Shown here: positions 47,639-58,337 of the stretch, piece after piece | How the letters are laid out: each line of letters begins with the position of its first letter | Position numbering within the stretch: the stretch's first letter is position 1 | Assembly: GCA_963735595.1 (NCBI GenBank) | Contig: CAVTLK010000001.1 | Location: 32,001 to 96,000 of the forward strand | Reading direction: 5' to 3' | Source of the DNA: an uncultured delta proteobacterium | GTDB lineage: Bacteria > Desulfobacterota > Zymogenia > Zymogenales > Zymogenaceae | DNA length: 64,000 nt | Notes under the pieces: model-generated | The model's input: only the letters and a program-made list of their open reading frames with translations | Databases searched by the model: none | What the model was told of the DNA's origin: nothing | Position numbers and translations under genes: made by a program

Positions 47639-48499
47639 ATGGAAAACAGAATTATCGATTTCAGGGTCAGGCTCCCATTTAAAGAGGAATTCCCTAATGC
47701 GGACCCAAACGACCTTTCGTTTGTGCCCCACTGGATGAGCCACTACGTGGAGCTCTACCAGGCGGCCCTCAAGGTCGACCTCGGGGTGGAAACGCTGCTG
47801 GCGTCGATGGCGGAAAACGGGATCGAGCGCGCGGTCATGCAGGCGGAGTGGGAGTTCGGCGACTACAAACACCTCAACAACGCCGTCCATAGAATAGTTA
47901 CGAGATACCCCGACAAATTCATCGGTTTCTGCACCGTTCACCCGGAGGAGTCCAAGGACATGGCCGCGGAGCTCCGGGACTGGGTCGCGGCGGGGATGCG
48001 CGGGGTCAACCTGCAACCCTGGGCCTACCGGATGGAGGCACACGACCGCCGCTTTTACCCGGTCTACGAGGTGGCAAATGAGCTCGGTATCCCGGTGACC
48101 GTCCACACGAGCGTCAACTGGACACTGACGCGGCCGATCTTCTACGGGAGGCCCATCAACCTTGACGTGGTGGCGTGCGACTTTCCTGACCTTGTGCTGA
48201 TCGCGAGCCACGGTGGATGGCCGTGGGTCAACGAGATGGTTGCGGTCGCCTGGAAGCACAAAAACGTCTATATCGAGACGGGAGCGGTCAGCCCCAAATA
48301 TATCGGGAGGCCCGGAACCGGTTGGGAAACCTTCATCCAGTACGCGGACAGCATCCTGAAGAACCAGATACTGTATGCCAGCGAGTGGCCGCTGCTGACC
48401 TTCGAGCGGGTGGTGGCCGAGGCCGAGGCACTCCCGTTGAAGGAGGAGGTAAAACAGGCCTACCTCTACGAGAACGCCCGGCGGCTTCTGAATTTGTAA
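47639..48499 (+). CDS. Amidohydrolase_2-family protein
   Basis: FYPVYE...IPVTVHT, SHGGWPW, NVYIE, LYASEWP and ENARRLL motifs; SD sequence GGAGG. Confidence 0.85.
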   Translation: MENRIIDFRVRLPFKEEFPNADPNDLSFVPHWMSHYVELYQAALKVDLGVETLLASMAENGIERAVMQAEWEFGDYKHLNNAVHRIVTRYPDKFIGFCTVHPEESKDMAAELRDWVAAGMRGVNLQPWAYRMEAHDRRFYPVYEVANELGIPVTVHTSVNWTLTRPIFYGRPINLDVVACDFPDLVLIASHGGWPWVNEMVAVAWKHKNVYIETGAVSPKYIGRPGTGWETFIQYADSILKNQILYASEWPLLTFERVVAEAEALPLKEEVKQAYLYENARRLLNL

Positions 48500-48521
48500 G
48501 GCCATCGTCCAGGGGGGAGCT

Positions 48522-50141
48522 ATGGAAATTCCGTATTACGATTACTATTGGCAATATGTCCGGCACTGGGGCGAGGTCGATCCCGACTTTCCGGCGCTTC
48601 GGGGGGGAGATAGGACGGTAACGTCGGGAGAGTTTAACCAAATGGTGACGAGGCTCTCGGAGTCACTCCTCGACCTCGGTGTTAAGAAGGGTGACCGCAT
48701 TGTCACGATCCTGCCGACAGGTATCGAGTTTGTCCTTTCGCTGGTTGCCGGGCAGAGCGTCGGGGCGGTTATCGTGCCAATGGACACGAAGTTCAGGCCG
48801 GCCGACCTGAAACGGTTTCTCGCACATTCCCAACCGAAACTGATCATCTCGATTGTGGCGGTAAAGGACTTCGATATCGCCGGGACGCTTGCCTCCCTCG
48901 GGCCGGAGCATAATCCGATCAAGAAGGCGACAGTGGGGCCGGGCCCGTTCGGGCTCACGTTCGAGGATCTTGTCACGGGCAGTCCCGGATCCGAGTCTGA
49001 GGTAACACGGGTGCGGGAGTCGATATCTCCCGATGACGCCGGGCTCATCGTATTTTCGGGCGGTACCACGGGCGTCCCCAAGGCGGCGCTCCTCTCCAAT
49101 ACGAATTGCGTCTATATGTCGTATATCGAGGTGCTGCTTTTCAATAAGTGGCTTGGCTCCCGCGGAGCTGCCGGCAGGATCAAATCGGTGGCGGCGCTCC
49201 CGCCCAGCCACGTTGGCGGCACCGTGGAATTCATCGGCACGGGGATAGTCGGAGGCCTTGAGCTGATCATGATGGATACGTGGAATCCCTATACGGTACT
49301 GGAGATGACCCAGAAAGAGCAGGTGCCGTGGATTGGGGGTGTTCCGACGATGTACGCGATTATCCTGTCGCTTCCCGATCTGTCGAAATTCGATCTTTCC
49401 TGTCTGAAGCTCGCAATCCTATCGGGAGAAAAGGTCAGCCTCGAGCTGTTGACCGGCATCCGTGATAGGATCGCCCCGATCGTCATCAACGGGTACGGGA
49501 GCACCGAGGCGGGATCGGAGGTCACGTTTACCGAACCGGACGACGAGTTTGCGCGACTTGCCGACGGCTACGTGGGCAAGCCCATCGGGGGAATGCAGAT
49601 CAAGATCATCGACGAAAAGGGCGGGGAACTTAGCCCAGGCGAGCCGGGCGAGGTTATTACTAAGGGGCCCTTATCGATACAGCGGTACTATAACATGCCC
49701 GAGGAAGACGAGGTCGGTTTTACGAAAGACGGCTGGTGCAAGACCGGAGATCTCGGGTACCTGGTGGCCGACGGCGGGCTCTATATAAAGGGAAGAATTA
49801 AGCAGATCATCAGGGTGGGAAGCTATACGGTGCTCCCGACGGAGATTGAGGAAGTCGCAATCGAGTACGAGAACGTTGGGTTTGCGGCCGCCATCGGTGT
49901 GCCGGACAAGGTATACGGGGAGGTCGCGTGGCTCTTTATCGCTCCGGTCTGGGGGACTGAGGTCAACACAGAGGGTCTGATGGCTTTTCTTGCCACGAAG
50001 CTTGCCAAGTTCAAGGTCCCAAAGAAAATTGTGATCAAGGACGATATTCCGATCACGAGAATCGGAAAGGCCGACCGCACGAGGTTGCGTAATGAGGTAG
50101 TCAATCAACTCGAAAAGGAAAAAGACAAAGCGCAATCGTAA
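48522..50141 (+). CDS. Acyl-CoA synthetase (AMP-forming)
   Basis: SGGTTGVPK, GYGSTE, KTGDLG and GKADR motifs. Confidence 0.9.
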   Translation: MEIPYYDYYWQYVRHWGEVDPDFPALRGGDRTVTSGEFNQMVTRLSESLLDLGVKKGDRIVTILPTGIEFVLSLVAGQSVGAVIVPMDTKFRPADLKRFLAHSQPKLIISIVAVKDFDIAGTLASLGPEHNPIKKATVGPGPFGLTFEDLVTGSPGSESEVTRVRESISPDDAGLIVFSGGTTGVPKAALLSNTNCVYMSYIEVLLFNKWLGSRGAAGRIKSVAALPPSHVGGTVEFIGTGIVGGLELIMMDTWNPYTVLEMTQKEQVPWIGGVPTMYAIILSLPDLSKFDLSCLKLAILSGEKVSLELLTGIRDRIAPIVINGYGSTEAGSEVTFTEPDDEFARLADGYVGKPIGGMQIKIIDEKGGELSPGEPGEVITKGPLSIQRYYNMPEEDEVGFTKDGWCKTGDLGYLVADGGLYIKGRIKQIIRVGSYTVLPTEIEEVAIEYENVGFAAAIGVPDKVYGEVAWLFIAPVWGTEVNTEGLMAFLATKLAKFKVPKKIVIKDDIPITRIGKADRTRLRNEVVNQLEKEKDKAQS

Positions 50142-50190
50142 CGGAGCCGGGCGGCAGTAGTGCGACCGGCAGGGAAATTCGGGGGGCGCT

Positions 50191-50985
50191 ATGGATTATG
50201 TAGACATTTCGTATGAGAAAAGGAACGGAATCGCCACTATTACGTTTACCAGGCAGGAGGCCCGAAACGCCGTCCGCCATCAGACGTGGCTTGACCTTTC
50301 GGGGGCACTCAACGATGCCCGGCAGGATGACGCCGTCCGGGTACTCGTAATAACCGGAAAGGGTAAGGCCTTTTCGGCCGGTGCGGACCTCTCGGAGATG
50401 GCGGCGATATTCGGAACGCAGGTCGATCTCTTCGAGGTGCGGCGGGCGCTCCTCGGAATCCAGGAGGTCACCAGGCAGATGCTCGATCTCCCCAAACCGA
50501 TTATCGCGGCGCTCAACGGATATGCCGTGGGTGCGGGCGCGGAGATCGCCATTGCCTCGGATATTAGAATCGCCTCCGAAAAGGCGACCTTCGAGTTCGC
50601 GGAGGTGAAGGTGGGACTCTTTGAGACTAACGGCGTGACCTATCTTCTTCCCCGAATCATCGGCTACGGGAGGGCCCGGGATCTGATGCTGACGGGCCGG
50701 CGAATTGACGCCCGGGAGTCCTTGTCGATCGGCCTGGTTTCGAAGGTGGTCGCGGCGGAGTCGCTGATGGACGAGACGATGCAAACGGCCGACCGGATGA
50801 CCGGCAATGCGCCGGTGTCGATGGCGTTGGTCAAGGAGTGCCTCAATCGCTCGGGCGAGATCGCGCTCGCGGACGCGCTCGTCTACGAGACTGAGGCGAT
50901 GATGGCCTGCGCCATGACGGCGGACGCCCGCGAGGGCGCGACGGCGTTTATGGAAAAGAGGACGCCCCGTTTTAGGGGCGCGTAA
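50191..50985 (+). CDS. Enoyl-CoA hydratase/isomerase
   Basis: AFSAGADL, PKPIIAALNGYAVGAGAE and FAEVKVGL motifs; both catalytic Glu positions present. Confidence 0.92.
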   Translation: MDYVDISYEKRNGIATITFTRQEARNAVRHQTWLDLSGALNDARQDDAVRVLVITGKGKAFSAGADLSEMAAIFGTQVDLFEVRRALLGIQEVTRQMLDLPKPIIAALNGYAVGAGAEIAIASDIRIASEKATFEFAEVKVGLFETNGVTYLLPRIIGYGRARDLMLTGRRIDARESLSIGLVSKVVAAESLMDETMQTADRMTGNAPVSMALVKECLNRSGEIALADALVYETEAMMACAMTADAREGATAFMEKRTPRFRGA

Positions 50986-51048
50986 CGTGGTATAATTGAT
51001 TTGCGTAAAGGATTTCATTACACTGGACAATTATAGGAGGAGTCGAAT

Positions 51049-52419
51049 ATGGCCAAGGAAGAACTAAAGCGCGGGCTTGGTCTCGGCGGGGCGGTATCTA
51101 TCCTTATGGGATACGTCATCGGCGCGTCGATTTTCATCCTGATCGGCCCCATCGCCTTCAAGACCGGTCCGGCTATCTGGGTGACGTACCTGATCGCATC
51201 GGTGCCTGCAATATTCATATGTTTTACCTCCGCGCAGATCGGCAGCACCCTACCGGTGGCCGGGGCCAACTACGTTCTGGTCAGCAGGACGATGGGACCT
51301 TTCTGGGGATTCATGACGGTATGGACGATCATGATAACGACGCTGATTGGAATACCGTTGGTGGCCTATGGCTTTGCGGAATACCTCGGGTTTTTTATAC
51401 CGGGATTGCCCCCCATGGGGACGGCCGTCGCCGTGACGATCCTGTTCGGGATCGTCAATATTATCGGTATCTCATTCACCGGCTGGGTACAGAACCTCAT
51501 GGTTATCCTGATGATGGTGGCGTTGGCGATCTTCGGGATAGCTGGGCTCTTCTTCGTCAAGCCGGAAAACATCACACCCCTGATGCCGAACGGATTCTCT
51601 CCGGTGGTCATGGCGGCCATCCCGGCGTATTTCTCCTACGTCGGGTTCATGGTGCTCGCCGAGCTTGGTGAGGAGATCAGAAAACCTTCCCGGACGATCC
51701 CTCTGGCTATCCTGATATCGTTCTTTGCGGTCCTGATAGCCTATTTCCTGACAACCTTCGTTCTCACCGGGATCCTCCCCTACGGGACCCTCGAGGGTAC
51801 GAAGGCCGCGGTGTCCGAGGCGGCAAAGACCTTCCTCCCCTACTGGCTGGTAGCCTTCATATCAGTCGGGGCGATACTGGCGGCGTTCACGACGGTCAAC
51901 GGAATACTTGCCGCAAATCCCCGCGAGCTGTTTGCGTTGGCCCGTGACAAGGTAATGCCCGGGTGGCTGGCGAGGACCTCGAGCATCTTTAAAACCCCCT
52001 GGGTTTCGATAGCGGTGGTAACGCTGCTGGGTGTGCTCGGCGTCCTTCTGGGACAATCGATAGAGAAGTACGCGTTTGTAACGGTCATGGGAGTGATGGT
52101 CTTTACCCTGCTCATCGGAATTGGATCGCTCCGGCTAAGAAGGAAGCTCCCCGATCACTATAAACGGGCCGCGTTTAAATTAAAGGGATTCTGGTACTGG
52201 TTCTTCCCGATCGGCGCCATATTCTTTGCCGTAGTATACATATTGCTGGGTTTCGTGGAAGACCCGGTATCGGTAGGGATATTCATGGGGGCGATCGTCT
52301 TGGGAGTGATACTCTTTGCGGAGCGTCGTTGGCGTCTGAAACGGGCGGGAGTCCTCATGAGCGAGATCTTTGAAAAGGACGTCCATGGCGTGCTCAAACG
52401 GGCGAAGGAGTCCGAATAG
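51049..52419 (+). CDS. APC-family amino-acid/polyamine permease
   Basis: IGASIF, FSYVGF, EEIRKPSRTIP and ARDKVMP motifs; about 12 TM segments. Confidence 0.9.
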   Translation: MAKEELKRGLGLGGAVSILMGYVIGASIFILIGPIAFKTGPAIWVTYLIASVPAIFICFTSAQIGSTLPVAGANYVLVSRTMGPFWGFMTVWTIMITTLIGIPLVAYGFAEYLGFFIPGLPPMGTAVAVTILFGIVNIIGISFTGWVQNLMVILMMVALAIFGIAGLFFVKPENITPLMPNGFSPVVMAAIPAYFSYVGFMVLAELGEEIRKPSRTIPLAILISFFAVLIAYFLTTFVLTGILPYGTLEGTKAAVSEAAKTFLPYWLVAFISVGAILAAFTTVNGILAANPRELFALARDKVMPGWLARTSSIFKTPWVSIAVVTLLGVLGVLLGQSIEKYAFVTVMGVMVFTLLIGIGSLRLRRKLPDHYKRAAFKLKGFWYWFFPIGAIFFAVVYILLGFVEDPVSVGIFMGAIVLGVILFAERRWRLKRAGVLMSEIFEKDVHGVLKRAKESE

Positions 52420-52459
52420 GTGACCGCGTAACATTCGATTGCGATAAACGAATAATCAG

Positions 52460-52493
52460 GAGATGCGGGGTGATATCATCCCGCATCTCTTTT
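52460..52493 (+). terminator. Intrinsic terminator
   Basis: GAGATGCGGG...CCCGCATCTC followed by TTTT. Confidence 0.75.
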
Positions 52494-52555
52494 CGTATCG
52501 CCTTTTCATATCACTGCGTCCGTGCTACAATAAATTTATCGGAGGGTGGAAATAG

Positions 52556-52960
52556 ATGATCAAGAAGACCGAGCTGACAAGTGATAAGCTACCCGTTATG
52601 GGGTTCCCCTGGGCGCTGTCGGTAACCGGCGCGAGCCAGCTGGTATTTGTGTCGGGCGTCCCGCCGATGAACGAGATGAGGAAGGTCGTTATCTCCGACG
52701 CCTACGATCAGTTCGCCTATGAGCTTGAACGGATCAAGGAAATACTGACCGCGGCGGAAATGGGGCTTGGCGATATCGTCTACCTGACCGTAACGGTTAC
52801 CGAGAAGGCACAGCTTTACGATAACTGGAACCGGTTCGTCGAGATATGGGGTCGGTATTTCCCCGAAAGGCCGGGCCCGGCCGGGGGCACGCTCAGGATT
52901 GTTTCCGGGCTTTCCCATCCCAAGATGATGGTTGAAGTCGAGGCGATCGCTGCACGGTGA
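52556..52960 (+). CDS. Rid (YjgF/UK114) family protein
   Basis: VFVSG and VSGLSHPKMMVEVEAIA motifs. Confidence 0.85.
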   Translation: MIKKTELTSDKLPVMGFPWALSVTGASQLVFVSGVPPMNEMRKVVISDAYDQFAYELERIKEILTAAEMGLGDIVYLTVTVTEKAQLYDNWNRFVEIWGRYFPERPGPAGGTLRIVSGLSHPKMMVEVEAIAAR

Positions 52961-52990
52961 TCTGTTTGAACAGGCGAAAACGGATAATGT

Positions 52991-53959
52991 ATGATACAGG
53001 TAGAACACCTCACGAAGAAATTCGACGATGTGGTAGCGGTAAACGACATCTCGTTTGTCGTCAAGGAAGGGGAGTCCTTCGGGTTTCTCGGCCCCAACGG
53101 GGCCGGTAAGACCACGACCATCAGGATATTGACCACGCTCCTTCCGCCCACGTCGGGTGCGGCCCGGATCGGAGGGCTGGACGTCACGAAGGCATCCAAC
53201 CGGGTTCGAGAGAAAATCGGCATTATATTCCAGGACCCGAGCCTCGATGAGCGACTTACGGCCTACGAGAACCTCTACTTCCACGCGGCGCTCTACCGGG
53301 TTCCGCGAAGACAGATCAGTTCAAGGATCGACAAGGCCCTGGAGATGGTCGAGCTTTCGACCTCCCGCCACAAGATCGTCAAGACCTTCTCGGGTGGGAT
53401 GAAGCGGAGGCTCGAGATTGCCAGGGGGTTCCTGCATTTGCCGCGGGTCCTCTTCCTGGACGAGCCGACCATCGGGCTGGATCCCCAGACAAGGAAGGTC
53501 ATCTGGGAATACATCAACGAGCTGAAGCGCAACTTCGGGGTTACGCTCTTTCTAACTACCCATTATATGGAGGAGGCCGACGATTCCGACCGTGTAGGCA
53601 TCATCCACCAGGGTAAACTCGTATCGCTCGATTCGCCCGACAGGTTGAAGCGCAAAATGGGGGGGGCGACGATCGTGCTTGTTTCAAAGGATGAAAACCA
53701 GCGGAAGCTCAAAGAGCTGAAGGTCCGATTTAAAGCGGTTAACGAGCATATCTATATTGCGGTTGCGGAGCGGTTCATCGCAACAGGATACTCTCATACA
53801 ATGATCGACGCAAGCATTAACCTCGACGAGATGGTGATAACGCAACCGACCCTTGAGGACGTCTTCATAAAACTAACCGGAAGCGCCATCCGCGATGAGG
53901 AGGCAGGCCCCATGGATCACCTGAGGGTGGTGCGGCGGGTCAGGGGGAAAAACCGATGA
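52991..53959 (+). CDS. DrrA-like ABC exporter ATPase
   Basis: GPNGAGKTT, FSGGMKRRLEIA and DEPTIGLDPQ motifs. Confidence 0.92.
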   Translation: MIQVEHLTKKFDDVVAVNDISFVVKEGESFGFLGPNGAGKTTTIRILTTLLPPTSGAARIGGLDVTKASNRVREKIGIIFQDPSLDERLTAYENLYFHAALYRVPRRQISSRIDKALEMVELSTSRHKIVKTFSGGMKRRLEIARGFLHLPRVLFLDEPTIGLDPQTRKVIWEYINELKRNFGVTLFLTTHYMEEADDSDRVGIIHQGKLVSLDSPDRLKRKMGGATIVLVSKDENQRKLKELKVRFKAVNEHIYIAVAERFIATGYSHTMIDASINLDEMVITQPTLEDVFIKLTGSAIRDEEAGPMDHLRVVRRVRGKNR

Positions 53960-54717
53960 TGGGATTTGTCGGGAAGTTCCTGTACGGCTCATTCATTATA
54001 TGGCAGCGCGATATCAAACGAATGCTGCGCGATAAGCACCAGTTCTACGGATCGTTCGCCCGGCCGGTGCTCTGGCTCCTCGTGCTGGGCATGGGTTTGA
54101 GGCCGGTCTTCAAGGAAAACGGCGGGGTAGACTATCTCCAATTTATCTTTCCGGGCATCGTGGCCATGTCGTTGATCTTCTCGGCCATGTGGTCGGGCAT
54201 ATCCATTATATGGGATCGAGAGTTCGGTTTTCTCAAGGAGATCCTGGTTGCCCCGATTCCGCGCACGTCCATCGTTACGGGAAAGATCATGGGAGGCGCA
54301 ACTCAGGCGATGGTTCAGGGAGGCATTACGCTCCTCTTTGCTCCGCTGATCGGGGTAAAAATAACTCTCGCCGGGTTTTTTGCGCTCCTGGGGATCATGC
54401 TGATTATCTCGTTTGCCTTGTCTTCAATGGGCATCGCGCTGGCAAGCAGGATCTACAGCTACGAGGGATTCGGGACGATCAGCAACTTCGTCATCATGCC
54501 TCTCTTCTTCTTATCGGGGGCCGTCTATCCGGTACAGACACTGCCGTCCTGGCTCAAGGTGATCGTGAGCCTCAATCCGGTGACCTACGGAGTTGACCTG
54601 ATGCGGGGGGCGGTCTTAGGGGTATTTCAGTTCTCGATATTTCTTGACCTGCTGTACATAACGGGGTTTGGGGTAATCATGGCAATGCTGGCGGTTTTCC
54701 TTTTCAGGAGATATTAG
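53956..54717 (+). CDS. ABC-2 exporter permease
   Basis: WDREFGFLKEILVAP, PLFFLSG and NPVTYGVD motifs. Confidence 0.92.
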   Translation: MMGFVGKFLYGSFIIWQRDIKRMLRDKHQFYGSFARPVLWLLVLGMGLRPVFKENGGVDYLQFIFPGIVAMSLIFSAMWSGISIIWDREFGFLKEILVAPIPRTSIVTGKIMGGATQAMVQGGITLLFAPLIGVKITLAGFFALLGIMLIISFALSSMGIALASRIYSYEGFGTISNFVIMPLFFLSGAVYPVQTLPSWLKVIVSLNPVTYGVDLMRGAVLGVFQFSIFLDLLYITGFGVIMAMLAVFLFRRY

Positions 54718-54771
54718 CAGCCGGCGTCTCGGTTATTTCGGCATGCTGGATGATCCGCGTGGGAGTTATCT

Positions 54772-55044
54772 ATGAGCCTTTTTGAGATTATTATGCTGAT
54801 TTGCTTCGGGAGCGCATGGCCGTTTTCAATTTACAAATCCTGGACTGCGCGGACGAACAAGGGCAAGAGCCTCTGGTTCCTGGCGATCGTGTTAGCAGGG
54901 TACGTCTCCGGTATAATCCACAAGATTCAGTACAACTACGACCCGGTGGTATTCCTGTACGCGCTGAACGGCTCGATGGTATTGATTGATATGACGATCT
55001 ATGCGAGAAACCGGCGTCTTCATCGGCTGCTTCCGGCCGGTTGA
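54772..55044 (+). CDS. Small three-TM PQ-loop/SemiSWEET-like membrane protein
   Basis: FEIIMLICFGSAWPFSIYKS...KGKSLWFL. Confidence 0.6.
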   Translation: MSLFEIIMLICFGSAWPFSIYKSWTARTNKGKSLWFLAIVLAGYVSGIIHKIQYNYDPVVFLYALNGSMVLIDMTIYARNRRLHRLLPAG

Positions 55045-55130
55045 GACGGCCGGCAATCCTGCGATACCCGCAATAGAATTATACTTGTTCCGGAGACGTA
55101 ACACCATTCGGAATACGGCGGGCCGGTGTT

Positions 55131-56253
55131 TTAGGACGATTCGTGCCCCGATGCCGATGCCATGAGGTAGGTCTCAATGAATCGATCTATCTGGCCGTCC
55201 AGCACCGCGTCGACATTGCCAACCTCCATCCCGGTTCGATGATCCTTGACAAGCCGATAGGGCTGCAGGGTATACGTCCTGATTTGGCTACCCCACGCAA
55301 TCTCCTTTTTCTGGTGGTGGAGAACGTCCTGTTTGGCCCGCTCCTCATCGAGTTTCTTCTCGTAGAGGCGGGATTTGAGGATCTTCATGGCGGTTGCCTT
55401 GTTGCGGTGCTGGGACTTCTCGTTACTGCAGGTCACGACGATTCCGGTGGGAATATGGGTGATGCGGACGGCGCTGTCGGTCTTGTTGACGTGCTGGCCA
55501 CCGGCACCGGATGCGCGAAACGTGTCGATCCGAAGGTCACTCTCGTTTACCTCAATCTCAAAATCCTCGTCAATCTCCGGAGATACGGAGACGGAGGCAA
55601 ACGAGGTATGCCGGCGTTTACCGGTATCAAAAGGGGAGATACGTATCAGACGGTGGACACCGTTTTCGGCCTTCATGAGTCCGTATGCGTATTTGCCCTC
55701 CAGCAGAAAGGTAACGTTCTTGATCCCGGCCTCGTCGCCGGGAAGCAGGTTGACGACCTCGAGATGGTAGCCCTTTGTTTCGGACCAGCGGCTGTACATC
55801 CGGAAGAGCATTTCGGCCCAATCCTGGGCTTCGGTTCCGCCGGCTCCGGAGTTGATCAAGACAATTGCCGAGAGCACATCGTCCTGCTCGGAAAGCATCC
55901 GCTTGGTTTCCATGGTCGAAAACGCCGCCTCGAGATTGGATAGCTTCTGCTTGATTTCCTCTGCTGCCGCGGACTCACCATCGCGATACATATCCATAAG
56001 GATGCCGAGCTCCTCGATATCGGTCTCCCGGGCGGCAAGCCAGCCGAGCTGGTCCTGGATGGTGTTCTTTTCTTTTGGAAAGCGATGAGCGTTTTCGGGA
56101 TCGTTCCAGAAATCCGGCGCGGACATCATCGATTCGAGCTCAGTGAGCCTTTGTTTCAGGACGTCCGGTTCAAAGATACCTCCGAAGGATGGCGAGCCGA
56201 TCCTCATACGATTCGTAGGTCTGGTTCAGGTCAAGGGGAAGATCCGATGCCAT
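55131..56253 (-). CDS. prfB: Peptide chain release factor 2 with programmed +1 frameshift
   Basis: A 27-codon first frame ends GGAGG-TAT-CTT-TGA (56170-56183); SPF and GGQ motifs lie in the +1 frame. Confidence 0.97.
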
Positions 56254-56254
56254 A

Positions 56255-57862
56255 CTATTTCCTCCGTTTCTTTTTTCCGAGTAGGCGGTACGCGTGTACG
56301 ATAAAGGGGGTAAAGAATACCGCGGTTATCAATTGTGCGAAGACGTCACCGAACCGGGTATAAAAGGTTAGCCGCGGTTTCGGAATAACCTCGCCCAAGG
56401 CGACGGTTCGCGTGAAAATGTCCGTCCTGATTTCGTCTTTTCCCGTAGGATCGACAATGGTGCTGATGCCGGTATTGGCGGCGCGGACCAGAAAAAGCCG
56501 TGTCTCTATGGAGCGCAGCCTGGCCATCGAAAAGTGCTGATAGGGTGCGCTGGTCGTCCCGAACCAGGCATCGTTCGTTATATTGACCAGAAGGCAGGCG
56601 CCGTTTCTCGCAAAGATCCGGGCAGATTCCGGGAAGATCGCTTCGTAACATATCAGGGTTCCCACGGGGCCGATGGCCGTCGGGATAGGATCGGTGATCG
56701 TTCCCATGGAAAAATCGCCGGCGGCGCCCTTTGCGAGCTTGTCGACAAAGAAGAAAAACCGCCTCATAGGAACGTATTCCACGAAGGGAACCAGGTGAAT
56801 CTTATCGTATCGGCCGACTATTTTACCGTCCTCAGAGAGGAGATAGGCCCGATTATAGTATTTTATCGTCCCCGCCTCGTCCTCGTACGCCGGGGTGCCG
56901 AAGAGGAGGGGAGCGCCGGCGAGGCGGGGCAGCTCCTCCACCCGCGGCCGGAAGATCGGATGATTCTGGAAAAAGAAGGGGGTCGCGGTTTCAGGCCATA
57001 CGACGAGGGAAGGCTTATGAGGGGCCGAGGCCAGCGTCATATCCTCATAGATCGTCATTGACTCTTCCTGGAAGGTAGGGTCCCATTTTAGATCCTGGCG
57101 GATGTTCGGCTGAACAAGGGCCACCTCCACCGGCGTCCCCGCCCGCATAATCGCCTGTTCCCGCTTAATCGCAAAGATACCGTATATAACCAGGACGGCC
57201 ACCAGGAGAGCCGATACGGTTGTTTCCGCCAGGGGGAAACGCCCTGATCGCCGGGCGAAGTGCTCAATGATCAGAAAGAACGCCGCGTTGACGGCCACAA
57301 CCACGAACGAGACACCGAATACGCCGGTAATATCCAGAACCTGCATGAGGGTGAGCCAGGGAAGCTGTGACTGCCCTATCAGACCCCACGGAAACCCGGT
57401 AATGAAAAACGACCTGAGATATTCGAGGAAGACAAAGGCAATAGGTGCCGAGACGAACACTGACAGCCCCAGGCGCTCACGCGTCCATGCCACGAAGGCG
57501 GCAAACAGGCCAAGGTATAACGAGATATAGGAGACCAAGAGGAGCATAAATACGACGGCCAGCCCAACGGATATCCCCCCGTATACGGAGACGGGATACA
57601 CCGTCCAATATAGGATACCGATATAGGCCGTCAGTCCGAAGACGAGCCCCAGGAGGGAGGCTTTCTCCGGCGCCTTGTCGCGTATAACGAAAAGGAGGGG
57701 GATCAGGCAGATCCAGGCCAGGATAAAGAGCCCGGCTTTCGGAAACGACAGGGCCATCAATATTCCGCCGATAACGCAGAGGAATACGTCGTAAAAGCTG
57801 ATTTTCCCGGTTCTTGTCAACGGACCGGCGGTACCGGATTTCTGTCTCGTCTGCTTTTTCAT
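56255..57862 (-). CDS. lnt: Apolipoprotein N-acyltransferase
   Basis: GFPW, QPNI, WPET, YDKIHLVPF, ICYE, NDAWF and RAANTGIS motifs. Confidence 0.95.
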   Translation of the reverse strand: MKKQTRQKSGTAGPLTRTGKISFYDVFLCVIGGILMALSFPKAGLFILAWICLIPLLFVIRDKAPEKASLLGLVFGLTAYIGILYWTVYPVSVYGGISVGLAVVFMLLLVSYISLYLGLFAAFVAWTRERLGLSVFVSAPIAFVFLEYLRSFFITGFPWGLIGQSQLPWLTLMQVLDITGVFGVSFVVVAVNAAFFLIIEHFARRSGRFPLAETTVSALLVAVLVIYGIFAIKREQAIMRAGTPVEVALVQPNIRQDLKWDPTFQEESMTIYEDMTLASAPHKPSLVVWPETATPFFFQNHPIFRPRVEELPRLAGAPLLFGTPAYEDEAGTIKYYNRAYLLSEDGKIVGRYDKIHLVPFVEYVPMRRFFFFVDKLAKGAAGDFSMGTITDPIPTAIGPVGTLICYEAIFPESARIFARNGACLLVNITNDAWFGTTSAPYQHFSMARLRSIETRLFLVRAANTGISTIVDPTGKDEIRTDIFTRTVALGEVIPKPRLTFYTRFGDVFAQLITAVFFTPFIVHAYRLLGKKKRRK

Positions 57863-57881
57863 TGGAACAAAAAGCCCCCGC

Positions 57882-58337
57882 TCATGAAGTGATATCTATG
57901 CCTATGCGTGATAGCAGTTCCCGTTCCCTTGACTCCATTGAGTTGCGGTCCTGGTCGGTTGCCCCTTCTTGCTGGTCGTGAATACACCCGAGGAGGTGAA
58001 GAAGGCCGTGAACACACAGGATAATGATCTCATCGGTAATGCTAACTCCCCGAATCTCCGATTGGCGTTTAGCGGCGTCTATATTGACGGCAATGTCCCC
58101 GAGAATATCGGGGCCGACGGGAAAGGCATGCTCCACTCCGAAGGATATGACGTTTGTTGTGCCGGTTCTTCCGAGGTAGCGCCGGTTATAGTCGGTTATG
58201 CCGGTGTCGTCGGTCAACAGTATTGACAGCTCGCTAGTGCCCCTTCCCAGGTGTTCGAGCAGTCCCTGCATTTTTGTGGTTATTGTTTTTCCTGTTATTC
58301 GCTGAGGGTGCCTCTCTTTTGTAAGGAGCACTGTCAC
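57882..58337 (-). CDS. ybeY: rRNA maturation endoribonuclease YbeY
   Basis: NRRY...TNVISF, LGDI and HGLLHLLGCIH motifs; GTG start after GGAGAGG. Confidence 0.9.
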   Translation of the reverse strand: MTVLLTKERHPQRITGKTITTKMQGLLEHLGRGTSELSILLTDDTGITDYNRRYLGRTGTTNVISFGVEHAFPVGPDILGDIAVNIDAAKRQSEIRGVSITDEIIILCVHGLLHLLGCIHDQQEGATDQDRNSMESRERELLSRIGIDITS

